Source of the DNA: Octopus sinensis
Lineage: Eukaryota
Assembly: GCF_006345805.1 (NCBI RefSeq)
Contig: NC_043009.1
Span: 23,250,001-23,314,000 of the forward strand
Direction: 5' to 3'
Length of the DNA stretch: 64,000 bases
Numbering within the stretch: position 1 is the first letter of the stretch; every line of letters begins with the position of its first letter. Made by a program: the position numbers and the translations under genes. Below, one piece after another: positions 37,960 through 52,277 of this stretch. Under the pieces are notes generated by a model that was not told the DNA's origin, made no database searches, and worked only from the letters and a program-made list of their open reading frames with translations.

Positions 37960-38375
37960 AAAATAGTTAGCATTTTAACACATTTTCCGATTTTACATTC
38001 TGAGTCCAAATTCCGCTGAGGTCGACTTTGCTTTTCATCCTTTCGGAATTGAGTGATTGATTAAATACCAGTTGAATACAGGGGTCGATGTAATCGATTA
38101 GCTCTCTCCTCCCAATTTTAAGGCCTTATGCCTACAGTAGAAAAGATTTTAACACAGAATTGTGATGAGCTGCCGAAATCTTTAGCACTTCGGACAAAAT
38201 GCTTAGCGGCAATCTTACGGCTTTACGTCCTGAGTTCAAATTTCATCAAGGTCGACTCTGCTTTTAATCTTCTCAGAGGCCAAGAAATTGAGTAGCAGTT
38301 GAGCACAGGGTTCGAAGTAATCAACTTGAACCCTCCTGCAAACCGCAAATTTTAAGGCCAAGTACCCCTCGTAGA
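37960..38375 (+). mobile_element. Two tandem family A SINEs
   Basis: Two B-box/core/tail units. Confidence 0.75.
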
Positions 38376-38559
38376 AAGAAATTTCAACAAAGAATATTTA
38401 CATGCATCATGTTTTGTTTTGATTAATATGGTATAAAAATACCAACCTAAAATTTGGCTGGTATTTTTTATATTAATCTCAGTATGACTCGTCGAATAGA
38501 TCTCATACTTAGCACCCCCACCCACACACACATACAGATCTTTTTATCATTGTATTTGT

Positions 38560-39185
<626 letters not shown>

Positions 39186-39466
39186 CCTGCTCGCTTAGCC
39201 AGCGGGGTGGCGTCAATCGAAGGCTAAAACAATGCGAACGCATTGTGACCAGCGATGTGTAACTACATCTCATGGACGGGTCAGTCACGTGATATATATA
39301 TATATACACGACGGGCTTCTTTCAGTTTCCGTGTACCAATTCCACTCACAAGGCTTTGATCAGCCCGAGGTGCTACACGATGGATTCAAGCTTGTTACTA
39401 CACAGCCATGCCTCCTCCTAAATGTGTGTGTGTATATATACACACACACACACACACGCACACACG

Positions 39467-39519
<53 letters not shown>

Positions 39520-41039
39520 TTATATATATGTATGTTTATATATGTATATATATGTATATATGTAAATATATATATATACATACACCATGATATATATATA
39601 TTCACACATCATGATATATAAAACTTCATAATAGATATGAAAACTGACATGAATTGAACGCTAATGTTTAACGATCGAGAATCGGTAATTGACATAGTAA
39701 TGAAGGTAAATTATTTTTACATTAACAATTGATGGTTGAGGAGATGTTTAGATTTTGTTTTAATAATATTTAGGTTGAATGGTGAGAAATAGTTTGCGTT
39801 AGGAGGTGAGTATTAGTAACTGGAAGTTAATATTTCTGGTAATGCAGTGAGTAATGCTGTGAGGAAGCTAATAATAAATTAAGAGAGAGAATGTGGATGT
39901 CTAAAGCGGGAGATTATATTGCGAGAGAATATCTTGAAGGTTAATATTAACAGACAAATAAAATCTGCTTGAAAAATGTGTGCGTGCGTGTGACTCCGTG
40001 TTTGTGCTCGTTTCTCTTGATATGTGTGTGTGTATGTGTGTGTATGTATTATGTATGTGGGTACGTGAACGTATGTATGTGTGTGTGCATGAATAATGTG
40101 TTTGTGTGTGCGCGTGTGTTTATTTGTGTGTGGAATTGTGTGTGAATTTATATATGTATCTGTGCATATGTGTGTGGGTTTGTGTTTGTGTGTATATGTA
40201 TGTATGAATGCATGCATTTATATATGTATATATATGTTCATGTGTTTGTGTGAATATATGTGTGTAATTTATAAGTGTATGTGTGTGTGTGTACGTGTGT
40301 GTACGTGTGTGTACGTGAATGTATGTGTGTATATTTGCATACGTGGACGGTTTTTTTTGTCTGTGTACCAAGGGTTAAGTTGGAGGATAAAGCACAGACA
40401 AATATCAAAATGACCTGAAAGAAACCTAAATTGTTACTTTTGTCAGGTATCCGTACAGCAGATTGATATTAAAAGTCATTGTTAGGCACCGAGCCAATTG
40501 ATATTAAAACGGGGAGGGTTGCAAGAATATAAACGAATGCATTGCATTGGAATGAAATGTCCTTCTCAGTAGGAATTCAACTCGGAAGTAAGAAAGACGA
40601 AACTTAATACTCTAAGATTTTTGTTTATTTTTAGTCGAGCTTTACCTTGTTTCTTTTTGTTTTTTTCATTGCTTACTCAGAGATGGGGACATCATTCTGG
40701 ATTCTTTTGCTAAGACTCAGAGACTAGCGGAAGAAAAGAAGAAATCGACTGAGATAATGCCTTCAATAGAATGGTCTCTTTTAACGGTAACTCCATTAAA
40801 ACACCGAATTCTGATCTTGGTACAAAGTGATTTCAGTGAATTTTGGGGAAGGTTACAATCGATTAAAATCGGCCCCATTTCCTAACTGGTACTTTATTTT
40901 ATTGAATCTCGAAGTATGGATGTGAACTTCGGCATGAGTTGAAATTAGAAATTAGATAAATGTAACTTAATTAGGTAAAGAATTTTAGCTGAGTATCTCT
41001 CTGTTCTGACGAGTCACCGCCATTAAAATATTAGCTTTT

Positions 41040-41395
41040 TTTTTCTTCTTTTACTTGCTTCAGTCATTAAATTGCGGCCGTGCTGGGGCACCGCCTTGAA
41101 GGGTTTAGTTCAACAAATCGACCCTGGTACTTATTTTTCTTTTTAAATCTAGTATTTAATTTACCAATCTGTTTTGCGAAACCGCTATATTACAGGGATG
41201 TAAACAAACCAATACTGATTGTCAAGAGGTAGCAGACGAGTAGACAAGCGCAGACACAAAGAAACCCGCATCTACCAAATTCACTCTCAGGGTCAGCCCG
41301 AAGCTAAGGTTGAGGACACTTGCCCAAGCTGCTGCGCAGTGGAACGGAACTCGAAAGCACGTGGTTGTGAAGCGAACTTCTTAACCATACAACTA
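41040..41395 (-). mobile_element. Family B/C SINE, degenerate
   Basis: TTTTACTTGCTTCAGTCATT...GGGGCACCGCCTTGAAGG...CACTTGCCCAAG. Confidence 0.75.
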
Positions 41396-41464
41396 GGCTT
41401 TTTTGTTTTTCGGATTAGACTACAAAAGTCATATATTCTAGAAATATGAAATGGTTTTTGCAGC

Positions 41465-41916
<452 letters not shown>

Positions 41917-41938
41917 TATATACGTATATATATATATA

Positions 41939-42025
<87 letters not shown>

Positions 42026-42060
42026 TTAAACGTTCGTGTAGATGTATATGTATATATATG

Positions 42061-44494
42061 CAGAGGTGGGCACCATTATTTGAAAAGTTAACTTCGTCCA
42101 TCGTTAATCCGTAAATTGTTTGTAAATGTAATGGAAGTTAACGTTAACTTTTATTGAAAAAAAAAGCATGTCTACAGTTTAATACTCCACCGACTTCGTT
42201 GCCTCATAACTTCCAGAAAAACGGATACTTTTTAACGAAATTTTCATCAAATAATCGTTTATATCCTGTAGATTGAGTAAATGTAAAGATTTTTGGGAAA
42301 AGTTTTTTCGATAGGTTGAGAGGAGTTTTGGAAAATTCCCAGGACTCGTCATTTTCCCCCTCATAACTTTCTGGAAAAAAGTTTTTTTCCAATGAAATTT
42401 TATACAGTTACCTTTCAAACGGTGTAGATTACAATTACAAAGAAATTTGTAGGCAAAATCTTTGGAAGGGGGCGTGGGGCAAGAGTTTCTGGAAAACGGA
42501 GTTTTGGACCAGACGGTCCACATAAGTTCGAATTTCTACGCTTTGACGGGATTTTTTTCAAATATTTTCCACCAAAGTCTTCAGAATGATGGGAGGCATC
42601 TTTTCACGAAAGAAAAAGAAAAAAAATTTTGAGAAAATTTTTTTTCATTCCAGCCACCTTTTCACCACCACAGTCCAAAACGATTTTGGCCATTTTTTTC
42701 ACTACGCATTTGAAACTTGTGTGAGAAAGTTTCGGTTTTGAAAAAATTGTTAATAATTTCAGTAGAAAATGTGTGATTTAAGGGAGATCCAGCTGTTGTT
42801 TCTAGCTCATCCCAAAACCTCCCTCCTCGTTTCTTTCTCACTCACACAGCTATTGATATTTTTCAATATTTTTCTCCCCATAAGGCGGCGAGTTGGCAAA
42901 TCGTTAGCACGCCGGGCGAAATGCTTAGCGGTATTTCGCCTGTCTTTATGTTCTGAGCTCAAATCCCGCCGACGTTGACTTTGCCTTTCATCCTTTCGGA
43001 ATCGACAAATTAAGTACCAGTTGCGTACTGTGGTCGATCTAATCGACTGGACCCATCCCCCCAAAATTTCGGGCCTTGTGTCTAGAGTAGAAAAGAATAT
43101 TTTTCTCCCCATAAACAAATTTTATGGAATGATGATGTCAAAATAACACACGTGTAGTCCTAACCGGGCGACGCCGTGTTATGTGTGTGTGTAAGAAAAA
43201 ACCCCACCTAAAATCATCTTTAGTGTTCATATTATTCTGTCAAATGTAATGCTTCTCTGTTTACATTATTTTGAATTATTCAGGTCCAAGAGGGGCGTCC
43301 ACAATATTTGCTTGTAACTTTGTAAAGTTTTTACATACAGATTTGAACTTTTCTGTTGGTGCTTTATATACCATGGTTTATAGTTATGTAATTTTAGCTG
43401 ACCTTGCTGAGTAAATTTGACCTTTATGGGCCGGTTAAATTTAATTAACAGGTGTAAAAGCAATAACATTATGGATAAATGTTAAAATTGAAATTCTTAA
43501 TGCATCTTACCCGTTTGATTTGTTACTAAAATTATCCAAGATGGCAACCGACAAAAATTTTGCCACTTTTCAAGATGAGGTACATTAATTTGAATTAATT
43601 AAGATACAGGTATAATCGGTACAAGATTTTATTCTTACGGTAAAAATTTCATACCTCGGTGTGGAATAATTTTCTTCCACAGTTATTTTCGGATGCATTC
43701 AACGTATCAGACCTCCAAGCCGCTTTTTTCGGAAAAGAAAGGTAGGAGGGGTGGTGGGGACCTCGAAGTTTCCCATCAAAGGAGTTTTGTTTCGCGGGTC
43801 TTTTTTTTTTCCAGGTTATTTTGCATCCTTTCAACGAATTTGACATCGAAATCATGCATAAACGACTCCTTTTTCTAGAAAGAAAGATCTGGTTGTTATT
43901 TCTAGCACGCCCTGCCGAAATATTTACCAACTTTTTTCCTTCCGTTTATTTTTTCCAATTTATGGAAATCAGTATTTTCTCTGTTGACATCCACCTCAGT
44001 TAAGTTTGCTTTTCTCCTAGTTCTGTGCTACGAAAATTCACTAACGTGATTTGTTTACTTTTTAAAAAGATTTCGTAGAGGAATTAGATACAACGGGTTT
44101 TTACCGGTATAAACACTAAAGGGTTAAAAGTACCAAACCTATAAAATCACCTTTTTTGACTTTTTTAAGGGCATTAGACTCCATAACTATAGGGGTTTTT
44201 TTTTGCATTTGAGTTTAAAAATTGCTGATTTTATAGTTTTAAATTTTAAAGGGCCTAAAAGAGGCTGAAAGAATGAGACGTGCAATATTAAATTTTCTCT
44301 TGTTCTGAAAACAATAGAAAATTTAAAATTTTTTCTGGTTTTTATAACGGACTTGAGTTAACGGAATCTAAATGTAACGGAAGTTAATTATCCGATAATG
44401 ATTTTCAAAGTTAACGTAAAAGTTAAATCGTTAACGGAAATTTTAACTTCGTTAATTAACTATTAACGCATTAACAGACTTACGCCCAACTCTG
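42061..44494. mobile_element. Non-autonomous hAT-type DNA transposon with nested insertions
   Basis: TIRs CAGAGGTGGGCA (42061-42072) and CGCCCAACTCTG (44483-44494), 10/12 match. Identical 8-bp TSD TATATATG at 42053-42060 and 44495-44502. Subterminal arrays of TAAC/GTTAAC motifs at both ends. Confidence 0.9.
42884..43095 (+). mobile_element. Young family A SINE with 19-bp TSD
   Basis: AATATTTTTCTCCCCATAA at 42865-42883 and 43096-43114 flanks a complete copy. Confidence 0.93.
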
Positions 44495-44522
44495 TATATA
44501 TGCTTATATGAATGTGTACACA

Positions 44523-44586
<64 letters not shown>

Positions 44587-44714
44587 ACAACACACATACA
44601 CACACACATTCTTCATTTCACGAGGTCATGATAAAATGACTGAGTTTTTCATTATATATATAATCAATGTTGCACAATCATTGTTTATATTCATGTTTCT
44701 CTCTCTCTTTCTCT

Positions 44715-45397
44715 CTTAGCTCTTAGATCCTCCACTGCTGTTAATGAAAAGGGCAACGAGCCTTTTTCAGACATCCCGACTGCTCGCCTTTATCCTGGTT
44801 CCACTCGAGTCAACTCCCAATGCTATCATTTCGTCCCAGAACGTATAGTGCTACGTCTTCTCTAGTCCTCCTTTCAGTCTCGTTCCTCCTCTCGGTGTCC
44901 ACTCCATTACAATTGTAGCATGTTTCGCCTGCAGCCATCGAAGCACATGACCAGTAAACCGTATACGCCGCTTAGTCACCACATCCAGCAAACTTTTTAT
45001 GCCCGCTCTTCACGTCACTTCTTTGTTTCTCATTCTGTCTTGGTAACAGATTCCCAGCGTCGATGGAACACTTCCAGCAATTGAGAGATCTTCACTGCCT
45101 TCTTCCAGATTTCACTGGCGTAGATCACTGTTGGAATAACAATAGTTGAGTATAGCTGCAGCTATACTCAACTATTTCAACTGATGGTCTTCGATCTTGA
45201 TAGTTTCCAATCTCCATATTGAACGAAGTCGTTGGAATATAGACATTGCTTTACTTATCTTGGTCTTTTCTTCAACTTCTGCATCACCCTCGTTGGAAGT
45301 ACAGCTTCCAACGATTTTATCTTGTCTGAGATTGACAGGCGCCACCATTTGACATGGCTTTAGTCTTTTCAGCGTTAATCCGCATCCCTGCTTTTGC
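44715..45397 (-). mobile_element. RTE LINE C-terminal fragment
   Basis: Minus strand AKAGMRINAEKTKAM, VGSCTSNEGDAEVEEKTKISKAMSIFQRLRSIW, LLEVFHRRW; 3' end GGAGGATCTAAGAGCTAAGAG. Confidence 0.8.
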
Positions 45398-46257
45398 CCC
45401 CCCCCCAAGCTGAGTATGTTTTGCGTTGCGGAAAAAGCAGAGAACATAGAATGCAATTGCTTATTGATTTCAACGAATTTTTCTGCTTGGTTGCCACTTC
45501 TCAATTTCTTCAATGTTGTTCCAGCTAATTTCATGCTAGGTATATTGATATAGTTTTGTATGGTAATTATTGACATGAAATTCATTTTGAGCGTAAATCA
45601 ATAAATAAAGAGTTAATAGTTTTTAAAGTTTTCAAATTTTGGGTAATTTTAGCTAATCGAAAGCCAAGGTCATATAGATGCATGTTTCCAAAGTAACAAG
45701 CGAAGCTGTTACAAAGCTACTTACCAAGTTGTTACCAAGTTATTCAGCCATGTGATCAATTTTCTCTTATTAAATGCTTAAAACACATATGGTGGTCGTG
45801 AGATGTGCTAAAAATAACAGCTAAATAGGCCTTAAATCACGCACCATTTTTTTTTATATAATCGTATGATTTCATATGTGTTGAATACAAATTCGTAAAA
45901 CTTTTCTGAAAATTAAAAAAAATGTAATAAAATAAAATGCTTATGAAATCTTATATGGCGTACGCAAAGCAGAATTCCGCCAATATTTCATTTGTTTAGT
46001 TTGATATTAAAACACGGACAATCATCGCAAAGTTGATATCACATGTAGTCGCGCACAAAATGACAGCTTCCGAATCCTGTTTTCTAACTGGGTAAAAATT
46101 TTCAAACTTTAAACCTCTGTAACTTTTTAAAAACTTTTTTTCTGGAAGAAGTGAATTAGGTTCTAAGATTCAGCGTGGAAAATTACATCAATACATCAAA
46201 TTTGAAACTTTTCACTTAATTTTAGCATTTCAGAAAGTGCGGCCAAACAGAAAAGAT

Positions 46258-46620
46258 CCATTTCACCGACTTTAAGAAAGCATTTGATAGTGTTCACCGA
46301 GACACACTGTGGAATATCTTGAGAATATATTGGGTCTCGAGCAGATTTATCAACATCTTTCTGTCTCTGTATAGGAATTCACAGTGTTGCCTGAAGACGA
46401 GAAGTAAAATCACTGATATGTTCGAAATTGCTACCGGCGTGAGAAAGGTTGCATCTTGTTGCTGTTTCTCTTCCAGATGGTGATTAACTTCATCATGCGG
46501 ATAGCAATGGAATAACGTTGGGACTGGACAGATTGAGGGATTTTGATTTTGCAGACGACTTGGCGTTACTAAGCTCTAATAGAGATACACTGTAGGCCAT
46601 GACAGATAGCTCAAATTCAT
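46258..46620 (+). mobile_element. RTE LINE RT-core fragment
   Basis: FTDFKKAFDSVHRDTLWNILRIY...MFEIATGVR(fs)GCIL...DFADDLALLSSNRDTL*AMTD. Confidence 0.88.
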
Positions 46621-47187
46621 ATTGACCAACATGTTAACTGAGTTATTTAACCCATATGTAGTTGAAACAGCTGTAATCTAGGAGGAAGTGTAATACCAGT
46701 ACCTCAATTCTTCACCTGTTATATTATAATGCGCGACTGAAGCAAACTTGCTAGATGTTTTGTTTGTGTGAAACACATGCGTCTACGGAAACATTGTTCC
46801 TTTCTATATATTCTGTTAGTCGGTATTTGGAGGAGTGTTGAATGAGATAAGTGCCTGGATTCCCGGATCCCCTTCCATTTGCTATATATAGGTATAGATA
46901 TATAGATAGATATTGTTATAATAAATGAGTGTAATTCCTTTTTTCTTATTTGCGTTTTACTTTTTTCAATTTTTAAGTCGGTTCCGTTATATATCTTATA
47001 ACGTCTAACACTCATCCTTTCTTCTTTGTACATCTTGCCTGTTTCAGAGGCCTTTTCAAGCTCTTTGTTTAAGATTCGTAGCATTTTATAGCATCATGAC
47101 AATCCCTTATTGTTAACAAAAAGATTATTATTATATTAACCTAGAACTTTCAAATTTAATTAGCAAGAATTTTATTTTGATGTTTGG

Positions 47188-47353
47188 TGACAACAAATCT
47201 CGAATCTCAACAGTCTTTCTTAGGATTCTTGCGAACATAGGATGGTATTTTTCTCCGGGTCAACGATGCACGCATCGTTGACCCGGAGAAAAATACCATC
47301 CTATGTTCGCAAGAATCCTAAGAAAGACTGTTGAGATTCGAGATTTGTTGTCA
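47188..47353. repeat. Perfect palindrome, 82-bp arms and 2-nt loop
   Basis: Arms 47188-47269 and 47272-47353, loop AC; no mismatch seen by eye. Confidence 0.97.
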
Positions 47354-47812
47354 AATTTTCTCAATTCCGGTTTCTCTCAATCTCTTAGGTAGCATTTTGG
47401 GTCTTTTACCAAGTACATCAATTACTATGGAAATAATTGTTGACTTGGTCCTCCACAGTCTCTTCAGCTCTCTGACTAGATCCTGGTATTTCCCACTTTT
47501 ATTCAGCTTTATTATTATCAACTCTGTTATTGTAGAGAATTGCAAAATCAATGTTCTTACACTGTTTATTTTTGTCTTCTATAACCATATCCGGTCTTCT
47601 TGCTTCAAAAATATGGTCACTCTTTATGGGGAAATCCCACAAGATCCTGTAATTCTATTTTTCTCTCACATTCTCATTTTCTCTTTCATTCTCTTACGCA
47701 GCAGTTTGGTTGTTGTTCCAAATGCACCGATTACTTCAGCAACAGTTGTTACCTTTATGGTCCACAATGTCTTCAACTTACCGGTCAGGTCGTGATATTT
47801 CTCAATTATTTA
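47272..47812 (-). mobile_element. Two tandem R4/Dong-type RLE fragments
   Basis: Minus strand IEKYHDLTGKLKTLWTIKVTTVAEVIGAFGTT, then WDFPIKSDHIFEARRPDMVIEDKNKQCKNIDFA...KYQDLVRELKRLWRTK...IVIDVLGKRPKMLPKRLRETGIE. Confidence 0.8.
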
Positions 47813-47859
47813 ATTTCTATGATATCTACACTACTTTCATATTATACTGCAAATTCTAT

Positions 47860-49085
47860 TGTTATCATTTATAAAATTGGTAGGCTTGCGGCTTGGCAAC
47901 TGGAGAGGCAAGACTATGTCAACAAACAGCATAGTAGGTCGATGGACAGACTGACCTGTAAAATTGCTCGGGGTTTGGTTTGGCTCGGATCTCCTGGTGG
48001 GCAAGAATTGGGATGATGTTACAAGCAGGGTGGCCAGTCTCACTCAGAAATGGGCCGTGAGGAAATTGTCCCTAAAAAGCCGAGCAGAGGTGGTGAAGTC
48101 GCACATCGCCCTTTTAATAACATACCACCTGACCATTGTACCTTGCTCCAGTTCACATTTGGTCGGACAGGAGCATTTACTTTTCCGCATCCTATGGAAG
48201 GACACATTCCATTGGTCAGACGCATTCCATTGTTGCCAGTGCCCTCTCAATGGCGTGCTTGGCATACCATGGTTGTAAAATGCGCAGACATGTGCTGCGG
48301 CTACGCCTCTTACAAATTTTCCTGGACGGTGAGCCGATGTGGTCTCCGCTTGTAAGACACGCTTTTCCGTAGTTCATCTCTTTGACGGAGCTGTAATCCT
48401 GGGTCAAGAAAAGACCAAGACAGGCGCGACTGTCTGAGATCCGTGCAGAGCAATGAAACCGTTCTGCATGCACTCGTGCACTGTCAGAGTACTGCTGAGT
48501 TGTGAAGTTTTGTCGTATAGCTGTCGGACGAATCTGACTATCGGCCGAATCCATTGTGAGGATCGCCCCACTTTAATAAGGGAGGGCAGGCGGTGTTCCT
48601 CTGTAAAGTGGCTATGGCTAAAGATGTATGGTGAACGAAACTGAAGAGGTTGCAGAAAGATACTTTCCTCTTTGATCAAGCTCTCGTTGTCTTTAAGTTC
48701 TACATGGGAAGGAAAGTGAGGGTGGAGAGAGAAGCGCTACCTCGCATTGAATTTGAGAAAAGATGGGAGACTGTAACAAAAATGATGAGAGTGAAGGACC
48801 CTGCTTTAAGTATGTGCTTGTAGATTGAAGAATATGAGAGAAAGCCTGTACCGTTAGTGGTCAGGGTAATCTGTGGTGTTCCCTGATTGGCCATGGCTAG
48901 CGTTTCTCTTGTATCGGGAGGACTGTATCATTCACATTACTTTATATACTATGCATACTTTTATCGCATTCCCTTGTTTTATCTATTTCTTTCTCTTCCT
49001 CTTTTATGTAAATCTCCACACAAATTGTTGTCTGTCTTTGTGATGTCCCCCTCATCTATACTCTTGCAGTTAATAAAAGAATAAC
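47860..49085 (+). mobile_element. L1-Tx1 ORF2 C-terminal half plus 3' UTR
   Basis: LGVWFGSDL...KNWDDVTSRVASLTQKWAVRKLSLKSRAEVV...LLFRILWK; GRKVRVEREALP...FEKRW; ends TAATAAAAGAATAA. Confidence 0.85.
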
Positions 49086-49089
49086 TAGG

Positions 49090-50400
49090 CGCAGATTTCC
49101 TGGTTTGGATGGTCTACTGTAAGAGACGACTTGCCAGACGACTTGTTCACCGATGTCTTGACTGACGTTTACTGCAATTGGCAGCAGAACGGGTGTATCT
49201 CAAACTCTGTAAACCAGGGAGTAGTGACGCTGCTGAGGAAAGACGCGTATAAAGGCGTCATAATCAATAATTTTCAACCTACAACTCTGCTAAATGCAGA
49301 GTTTAAGACTCTCGCCACAGTGTTTGTCTTTGGCAGCGTAATCGGGAAAGCGTAAACGTGTGCAATTCCTGCTCTGTCTAATCACAATAATCTCAAGCAA
49401 TACATCCTAGAAAGAATAGGTACTAAGCATGGCTTAGGTTGGGCCCCGATCAACTTGGATCAATCGAAAGCTTTCGATGGGATCGACCATTGCTACTAAG
49501 TAGCAATCCCCAAGGCAGCCGGTTCTGCTCCTGTTCTCAGGTGCTCGTTCACTTCAATGTATAACGGCATCTGTTCAGTGGTCAGAGTAAATGGCCACTC
49601 ATCGGAGCCGTTTCAAATCACAGATCATACTCCTGGCCTGTCACCTTTCAAGGGTGTCCTCTTTCATCTCTTCTCTAAGTACTGATCCTTGAGTCACTAC
49701 TTTGGAAACTGGAGATGTGGAGGAGTATCCCGTTTTGCATGAGACATCGGCGTATACAGATGATGATACGTAGTAGGGTCGGCAACAATCTAAAGTAATA
49801 TGAGACTGTAATGGAACAAAAATTAATCAGGACAGGTCTGTGGGCTTACAGCTCAGCACCCGAAGAGAAAGTCTATGCCTTCGAACAGCGTCGTGGGGTA
49901 CTGGACGGATGGTACTGTTAAGTTGCCTGTGTCTAGTTTGGTCGAAATATATTTACGAATACGAAATGGAGCGATATTACGAGCAGGGCGGCCAGTCTCA
50001 CCCATAATTTGGCTGAGAAAAGGTGGCGGATGCATTTGTCACTTTCGTTGTATATTACCGCTTGGCCGACGTGCCTTGTCCTGTTTCTCGTCTGACCAGG
50101 TTGGGGTGTTTATTCTCTCACTTCTTGTAAAAGGGATGCATTCATTGGTCAAGTGATTCCACCGCTGTCAACATCCTCTGGACGGAGGGATCGGTATGGA
50201 GTAGCTGTTTATGCACAGACATGCATTAAGGCTTCGGCATCTACAAATATTCCTAAATGGTGTGATTGTCCTTTACCAGGCACGACTTTCCACAGCTGTA
50301 GTCCTGGGTCAAATGAAGAACAAGACTGGTGCCTTACATCTGGAAATGTCAGGTACTCATTGTCCTCTACTAGTCGGATAATGTAGTTGGTGAAACTTCC
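49090..50400 (+). mobile_element. L1-Tx1 ORF2 RT region, heavily decayed
   Basis: PGLDG, SVNQGVVTLLRKD...NFQPTTLLNAEFKTLA, INLDQSKAFDGIDH, QGCPLSSLL, AYTDD. Confidence 0.85.
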
Positions 50401-50999
50401 ACATAGACGTTCAATAGAGGACTAGAAGTAAAGATGAGTAAAGGAATTCTCGAGAAAATTCAACTGTCAGCAAGAATTAACTGGCTGGTATGTCTTAGAG
50501 AGCTCTCGAACTAGGAACTATGGATAATTTCTAGAAATTTCTAGAAATTTCTGGCTGGCGGTGTTACTGAGTAGTGTTACAGAAGGATCACTATAGACTA
50601 TATGATCATTCGCAGAAATACAATCAGGTCCAACTGTAATGCTTGTGGTAGCAAGAGCCATCTAAGGGTTTTCTGTCTCCATGAGTTTTAAAAAGGCAAA
50701 GATTAACTACAATAGGGTCCTGTGGCTTCCGTTCCAATAGTGACGTCGGTCAAAGCCTCGAAATTGACGGGGGAGATTGCCTTGTCACCGGTTTCAGGAG
50801 CTGGCAAGGAAGCTAAAGGGCTCATTCCTTAAGCCATGACCAGCACTGATTGAGAAGGAAAAGTAAATATGATGGTTAGCTGCACCAGCAATAAATTACA
50901 GTTCCCTCAAAACTAATCAACAACACCACTTTGTTGTTTTGTCATGAGTAAGAGAAGGTGATGGTTGAAAAGGAAATTTCCAAAGGAACGCATAAAATG

Positions 51000-51850
51000 A
51001 ACCCTCACAAGAAGCCTGTTCTGCTCTCTGTGGAAGGGACTTATTCCCCTGATGAGGTAGCTGTGCCATATATATTGCCAGCATCTGCTGAGTGGAAGAC
51101 TGGGTATGCTGTGGGTGATGATGTACAGAGATGCACTGATGCTGCGACATCTTCGGCGATCCCCTGATGTTAAACAGTTGTGTCGCTATTTTGTCAGATG
51201 CGTTATTCCTCGTCTCGTCTCTCTTGACAGAGCTGCAGTCCTGTGCCAAGCAAAGATCGAGAGAGGCGTTTGCCATCTAGAATTTTCGGAAGTTGTCCAT
51301 GACCCTGATTTGAAGTTCTCCGGATAGGCCGATCAGTTGCGCTCAGTGACAACCCGAGAACATCATCGACTTGTTTCCCATAGCTTTCTTTAAAAAGCAA
51401 AAGCCGACGTGCCTCTCGGTGACGACGTCAGACTCGAAGAGATCTCTGACCATTTGACAATATTCTGGATTTCAGCCTCCTGATCAACTTCTGTCTTCGT
51501 TTAAATCAGGACTTCAGCTCTACCAAGGAAATAAGCTGCAAGAAATAAGTTACAATTTACCGTCTATGGATCTTTACAGAGACAGCAACCGCAGGGCATT
51601 TTGCTCATCATCAACCACAACATACATAAATCTCTGTGCAGCGGATATTGGCAGTAGATAGAATGCATTCCTTCCACGGGAACAGAAAGAACAAGTCACA
51701 ACGACCTGGTGGTAATAAGTAACAGAATCGATGTATGCGCTCGTCACTTCTGCCAGACATTTCAGAGACAAGTTTCTCTCTGTCACTTTCTCCACTACTC
51801 ATGTGGCCTCTGTCAGCTACTATCTTCTTAGGAGTCTGGACTGAGAGCAA
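51000..51850 (-). mobile_element. Third L1-Tx1 ORF2 fragment, opposite orientation
   Basis: Minus strand EKVTERNLSLKCLAEVTSAYIDSVTYYHQVVVTC, homologous to the plus-strand copy at 48040-48150. Confidence 0.7.
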
Positions 51851-52277
51851 ACATCTTAACTGAGCTTTAGGCCTAATGATTGAATTAAGGTATTAGTTAT
51901 TTCTCCATCCACATTCTTATTCCAGTTTCCTATTTTCGTTCGCTCGCTGACCCTCTCAAACGACCTTTCTCTTTCACTCTCTCTCTCTTTCTCACCTCTC
52001 TTATCCTACTCTCACTCCATCCCTTCAACTGCAGTTCCTTTATCTCTTACTTGCCCTCAATGAAAGTGACAACACTAATTTTCTTTGTTTCTTTCGTTTT
52101 CTTTTTCCGTTTCTCATTCTCAAACAAAGAACACATTTCTGAAAATTTAGACACTCCTTTACTCTTCATGGCAATGAAACTTACCAAATTCATAAACGAA
52201 CTCTCTCACGAAGTGATTGTTGTTCACCTAAGCCACCTCTGCTTTCCTCAAATTCTGGATGTTAACCCCGGTTAATT

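Noticed and set aside
44115-44127. piggyBac-like right end AGGG-TTAA
   Set aside because: No matching TTAA-CCCT left end was found inside the hAT element.
46719-47084. 121-aa minus-strand ORF with a charged N-terminal half
   Set aside because: No recognisable motif, it crosses a TATAGA repeat, and it has no splice support.
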